A stretch of 64,000 nt of DNA from Paramoeba atlantica (Eukaryota; Protista; Discosea). The stretch covers positions 123,557 through 187,556 of the forward strand of contig CDRNVI010000185.1 in the NCBI GenBank assembly GCA_977017575.1, read 5' to 3'. The number at the start of each line of letters is the position of its first letter. Within the stretch, counting starts at the first letter, position 1. Positions 1-11,670 of the stretch are shown here, in pieces. The notes beneath the pieces are model-generated. The model made no database searches. It was not told where the DNA came from and saw only the letters and a list, made by a program, of their open reading frames with translations. Position numbers and translations under genes: made by a program.

Positions 1-404
1 CCAGAGAAGGAACGCCAAGATCGTACAGGACTGGTACCGCCGCGGGGTGAGGGGGTAGGTTAGGGCGGGGGGAGGCTTTCGGTGGGCCTAGGGGGGGTAT
101 TCCCCCCAAAAATACAAAATAATTAATCAGCAATACGACTGAGTGAGAAAGATAAAAAAATGTTTTCGAAAAACAGTACCATGGTGCGGACAAAATTCCA
201 TGTCCGGACCAGTGTCCTGAAATTACTCCCCCAAAAAAGCATAGCCCCCCGTAACAGAGATTTGTCCATTTTAGTCCAAAACCCTTTCTATTACTGGGAT
301 AGTATACAGTAGTACTATTTCCAATTTGTGTAATACATCGTACGCTGCTTGTTGGTAACAGTACCCGTCAATATATTGTAGTGACATTCATGCGTTGTTT
401 TCAC

Positions 405-1008
405 ATGATTTCCAGATTTCTTCCACACTGTAAAGACACGCATATTCCCAAGTTCATTAACTTAACTTCACGTGCGAGCAAGGTGAGAGGAACGCATCTC
501 CCTCCGGAATATGAGCTTGAAAAGTTTCTCAGTGACGTACAAAATCCACATGAGTCATGGAGTACTGCCACACCTGCATGTGAGTGGGATGGAGTGAAGT
601 GTAACGACGAAGGGGAAGTTATTATCATTGCTTGGTATGGTCGAAAGCTGGTTGGTACAATACATTGGGGTTGCATTCCACGTTCTGTGACTAATGTAGA
701 GCTCAGCTCTAACCAGTTAAGTGGGAGTGTGTGTTTTGCATCCCTTTCTCGAGACATGGGTAGATTGTTCCTTCACGAGAATATGTTCACAGGTGAGCTA
801 CACTTTGAAGATCTACCTCCTCGCATGTATCTTCTGAATGTCTCGAAAAACCAGTTTACTGGTTTTGATTGATCTTTCATGCCTAGAAGAAATGAAAATT
901 TTGGCATTGCAGATAACGGGTAATCCGAATCTTGAGGGATCAATTCCAAAGCGCATGCTGCCTGATGTGTATTACTGGAGATTTCCTGTGTCCTGGATTC
1001 AGAACTAA
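405..1008 (+). pseudogene. LRR protein, paralog 1; one-base frameshift near 868 (pseudogene or sequencing error)
   Basis: ORF MISRFLPH...ACEWDGVKC...LSSNQLSG...LPPRMYLLNVSKNQFTG. Collinear with 3030-3632. Removing one base at ggttttg(a)ttgat restores DLSCLEE...ITGNPNLEGSIP...FPVSWIQN* ending at 1008. Confidence 0.8.
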
Positions 1009-1085
1009 ATTTATATGGACCTACAGAGGTGGACATCAAAGTAGGGGGGTGGGTCAAAATTTGCAAAACGTTTTGAAACGAATTA

Positions 1086-1672
1086 CCGTGAAAACATTAA
1101 TTAAGAATAACATAAATTAAGGTAACTTTTTTTTGGCACATAATTATTACCTTAATTTCTGGTACCTTAATTATTGGTACCTTAATTATTGTTCGGAACT
1201 CATATTTCCGATGTCGATATCTTTCGAAACTTGAAGAAAATTCAGTTGAAAGTACCTATAACACCTGTAATCAGGTGAGTTAGAATATTAGTCCATGCAG
1301 AATATAGTCCATACGTAGAATCATCATTCGGAATTAGAACATTAGATAACACACTTTTAAACTCGCGCACCTGTGTATTTAAGTTAGCAATGTTCAGCCT
1401 GGTTTAGCCCAAATACGTGTAAGCTGGTAATAGCATTCACATTGCCCTGGTTAGCTTGCGTTTTAAACATGCCTACCTTGTACGATTTTTGAATACACGC
1501 TGATAGATTCTAAGTTGAAAATAATCACCGCCTTTCACGAAGCGACTAGAATAGAAATTAATTATTGCAGCAGATTTTCGGAAAAATGAGTGGCACATAA
1601 TTATTACCTTAATTTCTGGCACCTTAATTTCTGGTATCTTAATTTTAATTACCTTAATAAGTATTTTGACGG
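1086..1672. mobile_element. possible non-autonomous TIR element (MITE-like)
   Basis: Imperfect terminal inverted repeats ccgtgaaaacattaattaag / cttaataagtattttgacgg. Internal repeat ggcacataattattaccttaatttctgg near 1135 and 1592. TA on the left, CA on the right. Confidence 0.35.
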
Positions 1673-1674
1673 CA

Positions 1675-2343
1675 CTGTACCCCCTATTTACTATTGAGTG
1701 CTCAACCCCCCCTATTTAGTGTTGAATTTTGGGTTCGGTGCGCATAAGCGCCGCTTCGCGGCGCTTTTTTTATTTACAAAAACGTTTTTTTCTTATCTTT
1801 GCTTGTTATTTGTGATTGTTTACCGATTTCTACTGATTTACTTTAATCATACAGGATGATACTTGCAATCATCAAAAAGCAAGACTATAAACGTTGGTCT
1901 CATTTTTGGTGGGCGGGGTCGTATTCATTCTTATTTTGTTTCTCCTTTATACTTTCCCCCTTTACAAGCTGTCCCCCCACAGGCCTTTATACAAAATCCC
2001 CCACAGCGTTCATAAAGCTGTATCCCCAACCGAGTGAAAAAATACTACAATCATGGCATACTGTTATTTATTGGCTTCCTTTCATAGGAGGATAAGTCAG
2101 GTGTGTGCCCTCTATGGTTGAGATTGCTCCTGTGTTGGCACAGACCCTTCGAGCACAGCGGACCTAGACTGAAACTAGGGGGACATATCTCTTCGGAGAC
2201 ACACGGTCTTGTGATAAAACAAAAAAGGTTTGGAAAAAAAATACGCTTTTTTTTGGGGGGGAGGAGATTTCTTACCCCCCCCTATTTAGTGTTTAATTTT
2301 GCCGAATTTCACTCAACACTAAATACATGTAGGAGGGGGACAG
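1675..2343. mobile_element. MITE-like element, Tc1/mariner-type ends
   Basis: Ends ctgtaccccct...agggggacag followed by TA. Internal repeat ccccctatttagtgtt near both ends. Shares the hairpin gcgccgcttcgcggcgc with the 4700-4876 element. Confidence 0.45.
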
Positions 2344-2663
2344 TAATTAAAATAGCGTTTGAAAATAATTAATTAAAAGTGGAGTTACGTGTCGTCCAAC
2401 CATGGATTTCCCGCGGGTATAGAGACTCTCATTTTCCTAAGAAGTTAAAACGGACAACCGCAACTTCAAAAGTAACAACACAATGTCTAAGATACATGTA
2501 TCCAGAATGACCCCCATTGTTTTCAACAAAAATCTTGATTCCCTTAGGCTTTTTAAAGCATTTACTCCTTTTAGTTCTCCTTTTAGTTCCTCAACCCCTG
2601 ATTATAAATATATAATTATATATTTATAATATAAATAAATAATAATACAAATAAATATATATA

Positions 2664-2849
2664 AACCCTGCTCCTGGTTAATGTGCCCACCCTGCACAAT
2701 AACTGGCTCTAGGCACAATAACTAAATATATGAAATCGCGGCGCCATATTTTGGAGGAGGGGGGGGGCACAATAATAGTGGTCGTTTTCACTTATTGTGC
2801 CCCCCCTGCACAATAAGTAGCTCTAGGCATAATAACCCGGAACAGGGTT
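2664..2849. mobile_element. MITE with about 25-bp TIRs and TA target
   Basis: Left aaccctgctcctggttaatgtgcc versus reverse complement of the right end aaccctgttccgggttattatgcc. Flanked by TA on both sides inside TA-rich DNA. Confidence 0.7.
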
Positions 2850-3029
2850 TATATATTTATTATAATTATATGTTTATATTGTGTCACGCAAATCTCCACG
2901 AATTTTACTGCACATGGTGTTAAGTTGTTAATTCATACAGTTCACCGGTCTATTTTCTCTTCGACACATGCGTATCTTCGAATCTAGATCTCTTTGTTTT
3001 TTCAGATTGATGTCCACTCATCCATTCAC

Positions 3030-3632
3030 ATGATTTCCAGATTTCTTCCACACTGCACTTGTAAAGATACGGGCATTTCCAAGTCTCCCACTTCACGTGC
3101 GAGTAAGGTGAGAGGAACATTTCTCCCTGTGGAATATGAACTCGCAAAGTTTATCAGTGATGTTGAAAATCCACATGAGTCGTGGAGTACTGCCACACCT
3201 GCATGTGAGTGGGATGGAGTGAAGTGTAACGATGTAGGCGAAGTTAACAGCATTGTTTGGAATGGTCGAACAATGTGTGGCACGTTACATTGGGATTGCA
3301 TTCCACGTTCCGTGACCAACTTGGAATTGAGCGCTAACCAGTTAAGTGGGGGTGTGTGTTTTGCGTCACTTCATCAAGATGTCGAACGAATGTTGCTTCA
3401 GAATAATAGATTCATTGGTGAGTTGCGTCTTGGAGACCTACCTCCTCGCATGCGTATTTTAAATGTCTCACAAAATCAATTTTCTGGTTTCGTTGATCTT
3501 TCATGCCTGCAACAAACCGGTATTACTGGATTTGACATAACGGGTAATCCGAATCTTGAGGGATCGATTCCGAGGGGGATTGTTCCAAAGGGGTGTTGGT
3601 GGGGTTATCCTTCTTCCTGGGTTCAAAAGTAA
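3030..3632 (+). CDS. LRR protein, paralog 2 (intact, about 200 aa)
   Basis: Cys cap (ACEWDGVKC) followed by LRR units LELSANQLSG, LLQNNRFIG, LNVSQNQFSG, ITGNPNLEG. Preceded by a polypyrimidine tract and AG at 3004-3005. Confidence 0.85.
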   Translation: MISRFLPHCTCKDTGISKSPTSRASKVRGTFLPVEYELAKFISDVENPHESWSTATPACEWDGVKCNDVGEVNSIVWNGRTMCGTLHWDCIPRSVTNLELSANQLSGGVCFASLHQDVERMLLQNNRFIGELRLGDLPPRMRILNVSQNQFSGFVDLSCLQQTGITGFDITGNPNLEGSIPRGIVPKGCWWGYPSSWVQK

Positions 3633-3889
3633 GAGGACACATTGACTGCGGTAGCAATATGTCCACCTATTGTAGAGTACCGTGGAAATGAAAATTAAGG
3701 AGATTCCTTAATTTTAGCAAAGTAAATGTTTTCCCAAAATTTACAGTAAAAAATGATGATAGATGATAGAGAAAGGATGATAGAAAAAGATAAAAGGCGC
3801 ACAGAGAGAGAAAACGTCTTGAAAGTTTCTGAGTCCTGAAAATGCAAATCTGGTCTATGATTTTGAGTTATGCGTCCGTCTGATTTTTG

Positions 3890-4603
3890 CTTATCTTTGC
3901 AGCATTGAAGAGATCTCGTTCCCCTAGCGAAGCGCTTTGCCGCCTTTTGTTCACAGAGACCCCGTCTGTGCGACTCGAAAGTGTGAAGAGATCTCGTTCC
4001 CCTAGCGAAGCGCTTTGCCGCCTTTTGTTCACAGAGACCCCCTCTGTGCGACTCGAAAGTTGACAAAAATAGGAAATTTTGGATTTTTAATCAGATTCAG
4101 AAAAAATGACTTCAACAAAAAAAAATGTTTGTCCTAGAAGAAAACCACAACGAATCAATATCCAGAAGGTCCTCCATTGTTTTGCAGTACGTTTCGAAGC
4201 CTATTGGGAACCGAATCAATGGAGTTTAACACTTTCTGTTTCTGTGCGATATTAGGGGGTATTTTTGCCTATTAGCTTTCCACCCTTCTACATATTCACC
4301 ACTTGTAGGGTTAGTCGGTCTTCTATTCGTGTTGTTGAGGTTAGAAAAATTCTATTAAGCAGCTATTGATGTTTCTACAGAAATATTGCTTGAGCATAAA
4401 GAAATTAGAAGACTATTTAAGCTTACACACATTCAAATAAACCACAAAAACATGAAAGTATGGAGAAAAATGGTTGTGTGCACAAAAAATTCCCCAAAAA
4501 AACTGTGATTTTTCGACCCAGGGGGCATCAGGGGGTCTATGAAAAAAGGGCGACAAAGCGCTTCGCTAGGGGAACGAGATCTCTTCAATGCTGCAAAGTT
4601 AAG
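3890..4603. repeat. 78-bp tandem duplication (3906-4060) plus an inverted copy (about 4543-4603)
   Basis: gaagagatctcgttcccctagcgaagcgctttg occurs twice in tandem and once as the reverse complement. Confidence 0.85.
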
Positions 4604-4699
4604 CGAAAACGGATAAAAATTAAAATTTCCCAGGAGGGGGCAAGATCAACAACCGCCCCTGTGCATACAGTATAAGGCCCTTAATATGCATATAATATA

Positions 4700-4876
4700 C
4701 TGTCGCCCCCCGTTTAAGCGCACCTCGTTTTCCGTGAAAAGTGCGCTTAAACGGGGGGTCTGAATTAGTACATAAAAAAAAATTTGGCGCCGCTTCGCGG
4801 CGCCGGTGACTCCACCTCAACTTTATGTGCGCTTAAACGGGGGGGTCTGACCGGGTGCGCTTAAGGGGGGGGGCAG
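4700..4876. mobile_element. MITE with TA target duplication
   Basis: TA|ctgtcgccccccgtttaagcgcacc ... ggtgcgcttaagggggggggcag|TA. Internal gtgcgcttaaacgggggg twice and a gcgccgcttcgcggcgc hairpin. Confidence 0.75.
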
Positions 4877-6420
4877 TACGTAGAAGGCCCACCGTGCTTT
4901 TTTATCCATCTTTGAATGTGCGCCGTAAGAAGGTTCTAACAGAGGCGATGGTGCATAGTAAGCTGGAACGCAGTCGAGCGATTATGGCATACCTGTAGAT
5001 TTACAACGTGGCCTGAAGATCATGCGCATTTCCACTATTGTTTTCTAGCCACCTGTTTAGCTTTGAATTTAGTTTCATGAAGACTTCCTTTAGCTGATGA
5101 GAACCAAGGGCGAATATGTACCAAGAGAGTTGCTCTGGGTGTCATGAATATGGAGAATAGTGTATGAATATGGAGAATAGTTGGCGCATATTTTCTCGCC
5201 ATGTATCTACGGTATTCTTCGCCTTTCCACGTACTATATTATATTATTATTAGGCTCTTCGCGATTAATTTCAAGAGCACTCTGGTTACTCCGTTCTACA
5301 CAATTTACATGTCACGATTTTGATCAAGATGGTTAAATTATTTATTAAACGCAGCAGTAGTCTACGTAGGTTGTTGCACGTGAAACAATGTGATATCTGA
5401 AGCTTCAGTACAAAGATTTCTACATTTTTAAAACTACTGGCTTGAAGTTCAAATACGTTAGACCACGACCTTGCCTATTCATTTTTTGAAGTCTAGATTT
5501 TTACCTTTTCTTGATCCTTTGTCTTACTGATAACTGCATACGAGATAAGACACTCCGAGAATATATGGATTAAATAGAAATGTATTTTGAATACTCCCTC
5601 AGTCCGAACTACTGGCCACTTGACTAAATGTATGATCTTAAATTGTATTATTGCGTTGGTTGTAAAAGTACCGCTCTACCCTCGATTATTGAAAAAAAGT
5701 GAACAAAAACAGTGAAAATATAAAGAGGAACACAGTAATATAATAGAAGAAAAAAATATAAAAGGGGGCTCCGGTGGTCCAAAACTGAAAAAAAAATTGA
5801 AAAAAATGGGGGGTCCAGGGGGGGGTCCAGGGGGGGGGGGTCATGGTCGAGCAAATTTTTTCGAAAAAATTAGTTTTCGAAAAAAAACCGCAGAAAGGGT
5901 AGCCGGGGTCTTGGCGCGCATTTTCCACCCCCCTACCCGGGGGTGACCCCCCTGCGTATCCGCAGGACGGGTCCGCCGAGTTCGAATTTCTTCGGAATTT
6001 TTTTTTTGAAAAAAATTTCAACTTGGCGAAAAAAATAGCAAAAAAAGTATTTTTCCAAAATCGTTTCCCCTATTGTATTTTGATAGTTTGGGACCTATAC
6101 TAGCTCTCTCCGCAGTTGTTTTCGCAAGCTATCCCTTCTTCGAACCGTGGTGCGCCCCTCAAAATGACCCATTTTTGACTAAAAAAGGTGAGAAAGTATT
6201 TTTCGGATCTAAAGGGGCATTTTTGTGTCGAAAGAATGGTATGGTTGGAGTCACATTCTCTACCCAATACGTTCGGTAGGCTTCCATTCATGCCTACGAG
6301 TGATTTCCCACGCGCAGATGTCGGATTTAGTGCTCTGAGAGCAAAAATACGCGAAAATCACCACATTTGTACCCGAAATTCGGCTATTTTTGGCTATAAT
6401 CTTTCCGTTTTCTAGGCTAA

Positions 6421-6541
6421 ATTTTCTTTTTTGGGCTCTTCGTTAAACGCGGCGGTAGTTTTCAACGCGAAGCGCGCAGCATAAGTGACTTCTAAGTTGA
6501 AAACAACCACCGCGTTTAACGAAGAGCCTAAAAAAGAAAAT
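6421..6541. mobile_element. fold-back mini-element (46-bp inverted repeat, 3 mismatches)
   Basis: attttcttttttgggctcttcgttaaacgcggcggtagttttcaac versus reverse complement of gttgaaaacaaccaccgcgtttaacgaagagcctaaaaaagaaaat. A degenerate right arm also lies at about 1508-1555. Confidence 0.7.
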
Positions 6542-6649
6542 CTTACTGGGAGATACAATGTATTGCTTGTGATTCAATGTACTTTTGTGTGATCCAACTA
6601 TCTGTTATTGCAGTGCTGATATTTTTTCTTACTTGTTCTTCATCAGAAT

Positions 6650-7620
6650 ATGATGCTCGCTCTTTTTCCTCTTCGACAAATTCGTGGTCTCAGGGATACC
6701 ATATTACTGATATGTCTTTTTTCGGCGCTACTTTTTCTTAGTGCAATTTCTTCCAAGCGATGCGGAATAAATTGCCGAGATTTCGAGGTTGAAACAGATC
6801 AGAAACAAGGTCTAAATGCGTATTTTGGAGAATTTTTAGATGCTAGCGCGATCGAAAAGCGCCCGCATGAATTTGATGAATTGTTTAGCAAAACTTTGCA
6901 TTGGGAAGGGTGTGCGCTGCGTGAAGTTAATTGGAATTTTGAAAAGGTGCCGCGTTCATTTCCGACCGTCAAGCATGAAATTTCTTTTGATTGGAGTGTC
7001 TTTCCCGAAACTTTACGAAAAGTGGAAATTTCATTCGATGACTGGGGAACTTGCCTGTGTATATATGAGAGAACTACAAGAACTCATTCTTTGTCATAAT
7101 GATATCAGTTGAATGTGACGGATAAAGCTTTGCCTTTCTTATCCACTGGCCTCCGTGTGTTAGATTTGTCTCACAATCTTATCAGCGGAAACCTTCAAGC
7201 TACGTTTGCCGCACTCCCTCCGTCACTTCGAATCCTAGATTTAAGTTCTAACGAAATTACGGGTAAGCTTCATATAAGCGACGTGCCAAATCATTTGGAA
7301 CTATTGCGTCTTAAGAATAATAAAGGCTTAAGAATAAAGGCTTGCATGAAAATCCGTGGATTTCAGTTGATACTACTCTACTGAGAGAACATTTTCAGGA
7401 TTCAAACAAGAAAAGGAAACTGAATTCTTCTCAGAGTGCCCCATTTAAGGACTCGGTTTCACAAATCGCAATGTCGCTGAGGGAGCTGGATTTATCTTCC
7501 AACCAATTGAAAGGAAGCGTGGAACTTAACTTGCCACGGAACTTAACTTATCTAAACTTGGGTAAGAATAATTTAGTTGTGGAAGCGATACGTACGTCCA
7601 ACTTAATTTTCTTGCTTTAA
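6650..7620 (+). pseudogene. multi-frameshifted LRR protein with hydrophobic N-terminus
   Basis: Successive ORFs carry LQELILCHNDIS, LRVLDLSHNLISG, LRILDLSSNEITG, LRELDLSSNQLKG and LTYLNLGKNNL in different frames. Confidence 0.75.
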
Positions 7621-8178
7621 GACTAAAACTGGAAAGGAACTCGACGTTTTCGTGCAAAAGATTTTTGGAAACAGTTTGACAAATAGAATACAAATAGATA
7701 GAATTCGTGCACAAAACACTTATGGGCAGCATTTTTCCAGCCCCTTGTGTGACTCTAATTTTTTCAGTGTGTCTTGAGTAGCATTAGGAAAAAACATGTA
7801 TTTTCTTGCCGTTTTACTTGCCTCAGTAATTGCCTCTGTGAGCCTTAGAACGTGTTGATTCATTTCATGTCCTCATTTCATGTTACGGATATTCAATCAG
7901 AGGCTGTCTCTTTCCTCATATTTTAGCGATCACACGGAAATAAAATTACATGTAAAATTCAGCATTTTATGTTCATTTTATAAATCGGAAACTCATTCTT
8001 AATCCATCATGGGAGGAAATTCGGCGCATGTACAGTTCTTTCGAACACGACAAGTAATCTGACTTTCAGGAAGCGTTGGCATTTATTCGGATCTATGAAC
8101 CGCATCATTTAGATCCGACTCGCTTCGCAAATTGGTGCCGGAAAAGCTGTTCTGGTCCTCGCGTTCAACGATTAGAAA

Positions 8179-10965
8179 ATGAAGGACTCAGATGATGCGG
8201 TTGATGTGGTGAAGCCGATGGATATCGTCCGCGGAAGTCTGAACAAGAAAGACATGACAAAAGAGTACAATTCTTCCCTTCTTGCCTCTATGGCGAAAGA
8301 AGTCCAAAACGGCTTGAAAAGTACCGAATGCGAGACATTTGCAGCCACTCTTTTAAAGAAGAAAAGGCTCGCCTTGATCTGGAAATTGATGTACGAACTT
8401 TTGAAGGAGATGCAAAAAAATGTACCCTCGATAGTATACGCACAAGCACTTGGAAATGCCCGTTGTTTTTTTGTTGACATTGAGGTAGCGCTTTCTGAAT
8501 TCGCAAGGTCGGAAGTCCCAGAATTGGGTAGCGTTTCACGCGATCTTCGTTATCAATGCGTAATGAATTTGGGAGACTTATGGCGATATGAAGCTCAGCT
8601 TCCGAAACAATTAACTGATTTGAATGCCACCGAACGAACGGAAGTAAATACTGAATCTCGCAAAGAGGATAAAAAATATCAAGTTAACGATCATGCGAGC
8701 TATGCCTTTGATCACAAAACAATGTCACATGCGATTGAATATTATCAAAGTGCAACCCATTTGAATCCCACCTGGGGCCATGCGTACAATCAACTCTCGG
8801 TGTGCTATCTTCAAAAGAAACGCTATGTGGACGCGTTACTTTACTCTCTTCTCTCCATGTCGGCGGCTAGGCCTTTTATTCTTTTTGGATCTGAAAATGC
8901 GCAGCGAAATATGAATGCTATTCGAAAAGCGACAGGCTGGTCCGTTAGAGACGAAGGCAGCGAGAACGATAAAGTTGTGACCGAGGAACAAAAAATAAAG
9001 AAAATGGAATCAAGTATTTGCCATCTTTTTGCTACGATCTGTGTAAAAGAAGAAGTAGACCAGGTACTCATGGATCGAGCGACAACACTTTGGAAGCGTA
9101 CCATGGATGAGTCATTTGATTCCCAGGCAGAAGATCAGCCCTTCACAATTTCCCCGAGTCTCGCGGCTTGTCTTCTGTGTATTCAGAGTCTTCGTAGTGA
9201 GAAATCCGAAGTTCAATCCACCCCTTCAAAAAACACAAAAGATTTTACGATGGATAAACTTTTATCAATCTTTTTACGCGGGATTCTAGACGCCCTAAGT
9301 AACGCCCTTTGCCTTTTTCCCAAAGATACTCAAAAAAGTTTAGATGGCGACCCTACCAGCCCGAGTCACATAAAAAATATATCGACCACCCCCAACCTCT
9401 GCCGATCCTTATTTCAAGCGTTTCTGCTTTTGGCTCCACTTCTTATCGGAGAAACGAAGACAAAGCGCACCTCTGGTATCTTTACCCCAACATTTCGTAC
9501 CTTAGCCCAACACCATTTTAACGTTTGCTGTGAAAAAAGATATGATTTATGGCATTCCCGTATTTGTAGTGGAAAGCCTGTGACGGGTTTTACCTTTAAA
9601 GAGGCTCAGAGTACGTTAACCCGAAGTTCCTTTACCTCGTTTAAAACCTTTTGTGCGCAACAAACACGGAAGGACATTCTGCTTCACGAATTACCTCGGT
9701 TGTTTTATCTTCCGTTCGAGCTTGGCTTTGCGCTGGATGCGAATGAAATTGGATGCAAAAACAAATCGATTCAAGGCATGGAAGATCGTTTGCGTGTCTA
9801 TTCGCTGAAATCGCCCCATTTTCAAGGTCTAAAGGAAGTCGATCATGTGTTTCAAATGTACTGGCGATTCCTATGGTGCTATCGCGAAGAATTGGGATTA
9901 CATTATCGGAAAAGGTGGGATGAAAATGAAATGAGTGTGCGTCAAAAGGAACTCCGCATCAGTAAAATGCAAGACGAGCCCTATGAAGTCAGGAAACAAA
10001 TAAGCGCGTCGTCACGAGAAGAGGTGAAAATCGTTCAAAAGAAAAAATCTGTGGTTACGAATATTTCCAAGTCGAGATCAAAATCAACATTTGCACAGAA
10101 AATACCTGAAGCAATTTCATCTCCAACATTGTTGGAAACGCCTGAGATTTCACAAACAACCGAAGCCCTTTCTCAGGATTGGCTCAGCAATGCATTGGCA
10201 AGTCCTAAAGCCTCTGAAATGTTAAGCGATGGAGTCCATAACACACGGAGTGAATTCCAGCTGACACAGCTCGTTCGATCATTTAGTCGCGTCTTCGAGG
10301 AAGAAGACAAGGGAGAAGAAGAATTTGAGAAAGAAAAATTGGGAACGAAATCTGAAAATTCGGAAAAAGAAACGGAAATAGAGGAGAGAGAAGAATCTGG
10401 TGCGGATTCAGATTCGTTCTCTGCGGAAATTGAAAAGGACTTGGACGATATTGTCGGTGAAGTGATGTTTCCAGCCGAATGTAATTTTATGGAAGTCATA
10501 AAAAAGGATTTTGAGCCTCTCAAAAGGACGACGGAGAATGAAGTCCAGACAAGTTCTCCATTAAATTCTGACTTCTTTGATTCAGGTGGTCAAAAAGAGA
10601 CAACAAATGAATGGGTGCAGCCACATGAGTCTAACGCTACATGTAAATGGGATTTTCATGAACCGTCACATTCTGGGATATTAAAAACGAAACAAGAAAG
10701 CTCTGTAATCTTAATGACCGATGTTGGGAAAACAAAAAAAGAAGGGAGGAACGCGGAGAATTCTATTTCTACTCAAATAGGTACTGACAGTGATATGAAA
10801 ATGGAAAGGGGCTGGAAACCGACGACGCTTGACTCGCTCCGTCAATGTACCTCTGTCAAAGACGCGAACAGTGGGGAGTACTCTATGGATGGCGTTGGCA
10901 GTTCGCCTGGCGTTCAATTCTCAATGCTTGCCCCTTTGCTTCATGTCGAGAAAAAAAAGTTATAG
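8179..10965 (+). CDS. EST1/SMG5-SMG6-SMG7 family TPR protein (SMG7-like, no PIN domain seen), 928 aa
   Basis: Family motifs LGDLWRY ... YYQSATHLNPTWGHAYNQLSV ... LSMSAARPF ... AQRN. Acidic low-complexity C-terminus. Single intronless ORF. Confidence 0.8.
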   Translation: MKDSDDAVDVVKPMDIVRGSLNKKDMTKEYNSSLLASMAKEVQNGLKSTECETFAATLLKKKRLALIWKLMYELLKEMQKNVPSIVYAQALGNARCFFVDIEVALSEFARSEVPELGSVSRDLRYQCVMNLGDLWRYEAQLPKQLTDLNATERTEVNTESRKEDKKYQVNDHASYAFDHKTMSHAIEYYQSATHLNPTWGHAYNQLSVCYLQKKRYVDALLYSLLSMSAARPFILFGSENAQRNMNAIRKATGWSVRDEGSENDKVVTEEQKIKKMESSICHLFATICVKEEVDQVLMDRATTLWKRTMDESFDSQAEDQPFTISPSLAACLLCIQSLRSEKSEVQSTPSKNTKDFTMDKLLSIFLRGILDALSNALCLFPKDTQKSLDGDPTSPSHIKNISTTPNLCRSLFQAFLLLAPLLIGETKTKRTSGIFTPTFRTLAQHHFNVCCEKRYDLWHSRICSGKPVTGFTFKEAQSTLTRSSFTSFKTFCAQQTRKDILLHELPRLFYLPFELGFALDANEIGCKNKSIQGMEDRLRVYSLKSPHFQGLKEVDHVFQMYWRFLWCYREELGLHYRKRWDENEMSVRQKELRISKMQDEPYEVRKQISASSREEVKIVQKKKSVVTNISKSRSKSTFAQKIPEAISSPTLLETPEISQTTEALSQDWLSNALASPKASEMLSDGVHNTRSEFQLTQLVRSFSRVFEEEDKGEEEFEKEKLGTKSENSEKETEIEEREESGADSDSFSAEIEKDLDDIVGEVMFPAECNFMEVIKKDFEPLKRTTENEVQTSSPLNSDFFDSGGQKETTNEWVQPHESNATCKWDFHEPSHSGILKTKQESSVILMTDVGKTKKEGRNAENSISTQIGTDSDMKMERGWKPTTLDSLRQCTSVKDANSGEYSMDGVGSSPGVQFSMLAPLLHVEKKKL

Positions 10966-10977
10966 ATGTCCAAAACG

Positions 10978-11382
10978 TTAGTTGGCCGTATCACTCGTGC
11001 TTGGCGTAAGCAGCTTCTTTTCAAGCTCAAAAAACTTTGAAGAAAGCAGCACTGATCGATAGTAGCCTAACCTAGCTCTCAAATAAGGAAGAATCAATAC
11101 GTTGTTATGAAAAACTACCGTAATAAGCCGCGGAATTGATTGAGTTGTATTTTTGTTTGACATTTTAGTAATTATTTGAAAGAAGTCTAATGATACGTTA
11201 TCAAGTTCAGATAGCCTAGCCCTTAAAATGCGTTGTACGCTTTTGTTTGAGATTTTTTTTATTTGTGTTGTAACACTTTCATATGCTATGTTCTTCATAT
11301 TTATATATATCTTTTGGAAAATTTTTCCCATGCGTTTGTAGACGGGAGATTTTCCCAGCAATTTGTGAAGTAGTTTTTCCAA
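10978..11382 (-). CDS. hypothetical protein (134 aa), unsupported by homology
   Basis: Open frame of ordinary complexity between two long + strand genes. No recognisable motif. Confidence 0.2.
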   Translation of the reverse strand: MEKLLHKLLGKSPVYKRMGKIFQKIYINMKNIAYESVTTQIKKISNKSVQRILRARLSELDNVSLDFFQIITKMSNKNTTQSIPRLITVVFHNNVLILPYLRARLGYYRSVLLSSKFFELEKKLLTPSTSDTAN

Positions 11383-11670
11383 CGTGATACCAGTATATTC
11401 GTGTATGACTTTGCCTCAATTGCACCTTCCTTAGTACATTATATAGTAGTACAAGTACGTTGGCTTTTGGCAAACGTTATAGACTACAATACGTGAAAAC
11501 TAACAATTGGTTACGAAAACCGAACTTCCCTTTGTGTATGGTCGATCCACTTTTTTGCCATTGAAAAGCCTAGAAACGCTTCGTTTACTCTTACCTTTGT
11601 TATTTCTCGTTGTCTCATTGTTTTCTGTGCACTCCTTGACACGGCAACTCTGCAGTGCTCTGCTGTAAAC

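Noticed and set aside
2-58. Possible CDS tail QRRNAKIVQDWYRRGVRG* with an IQ-like look
   Set aside because: Too short at the window edge to support.
40-100. TTAGGG hexamer and G-runs (also G-runs at about 5807-5840)
   Set aside because: A single hexamer is not a telomere. G-quadruplex potential is real but has no supporting context.
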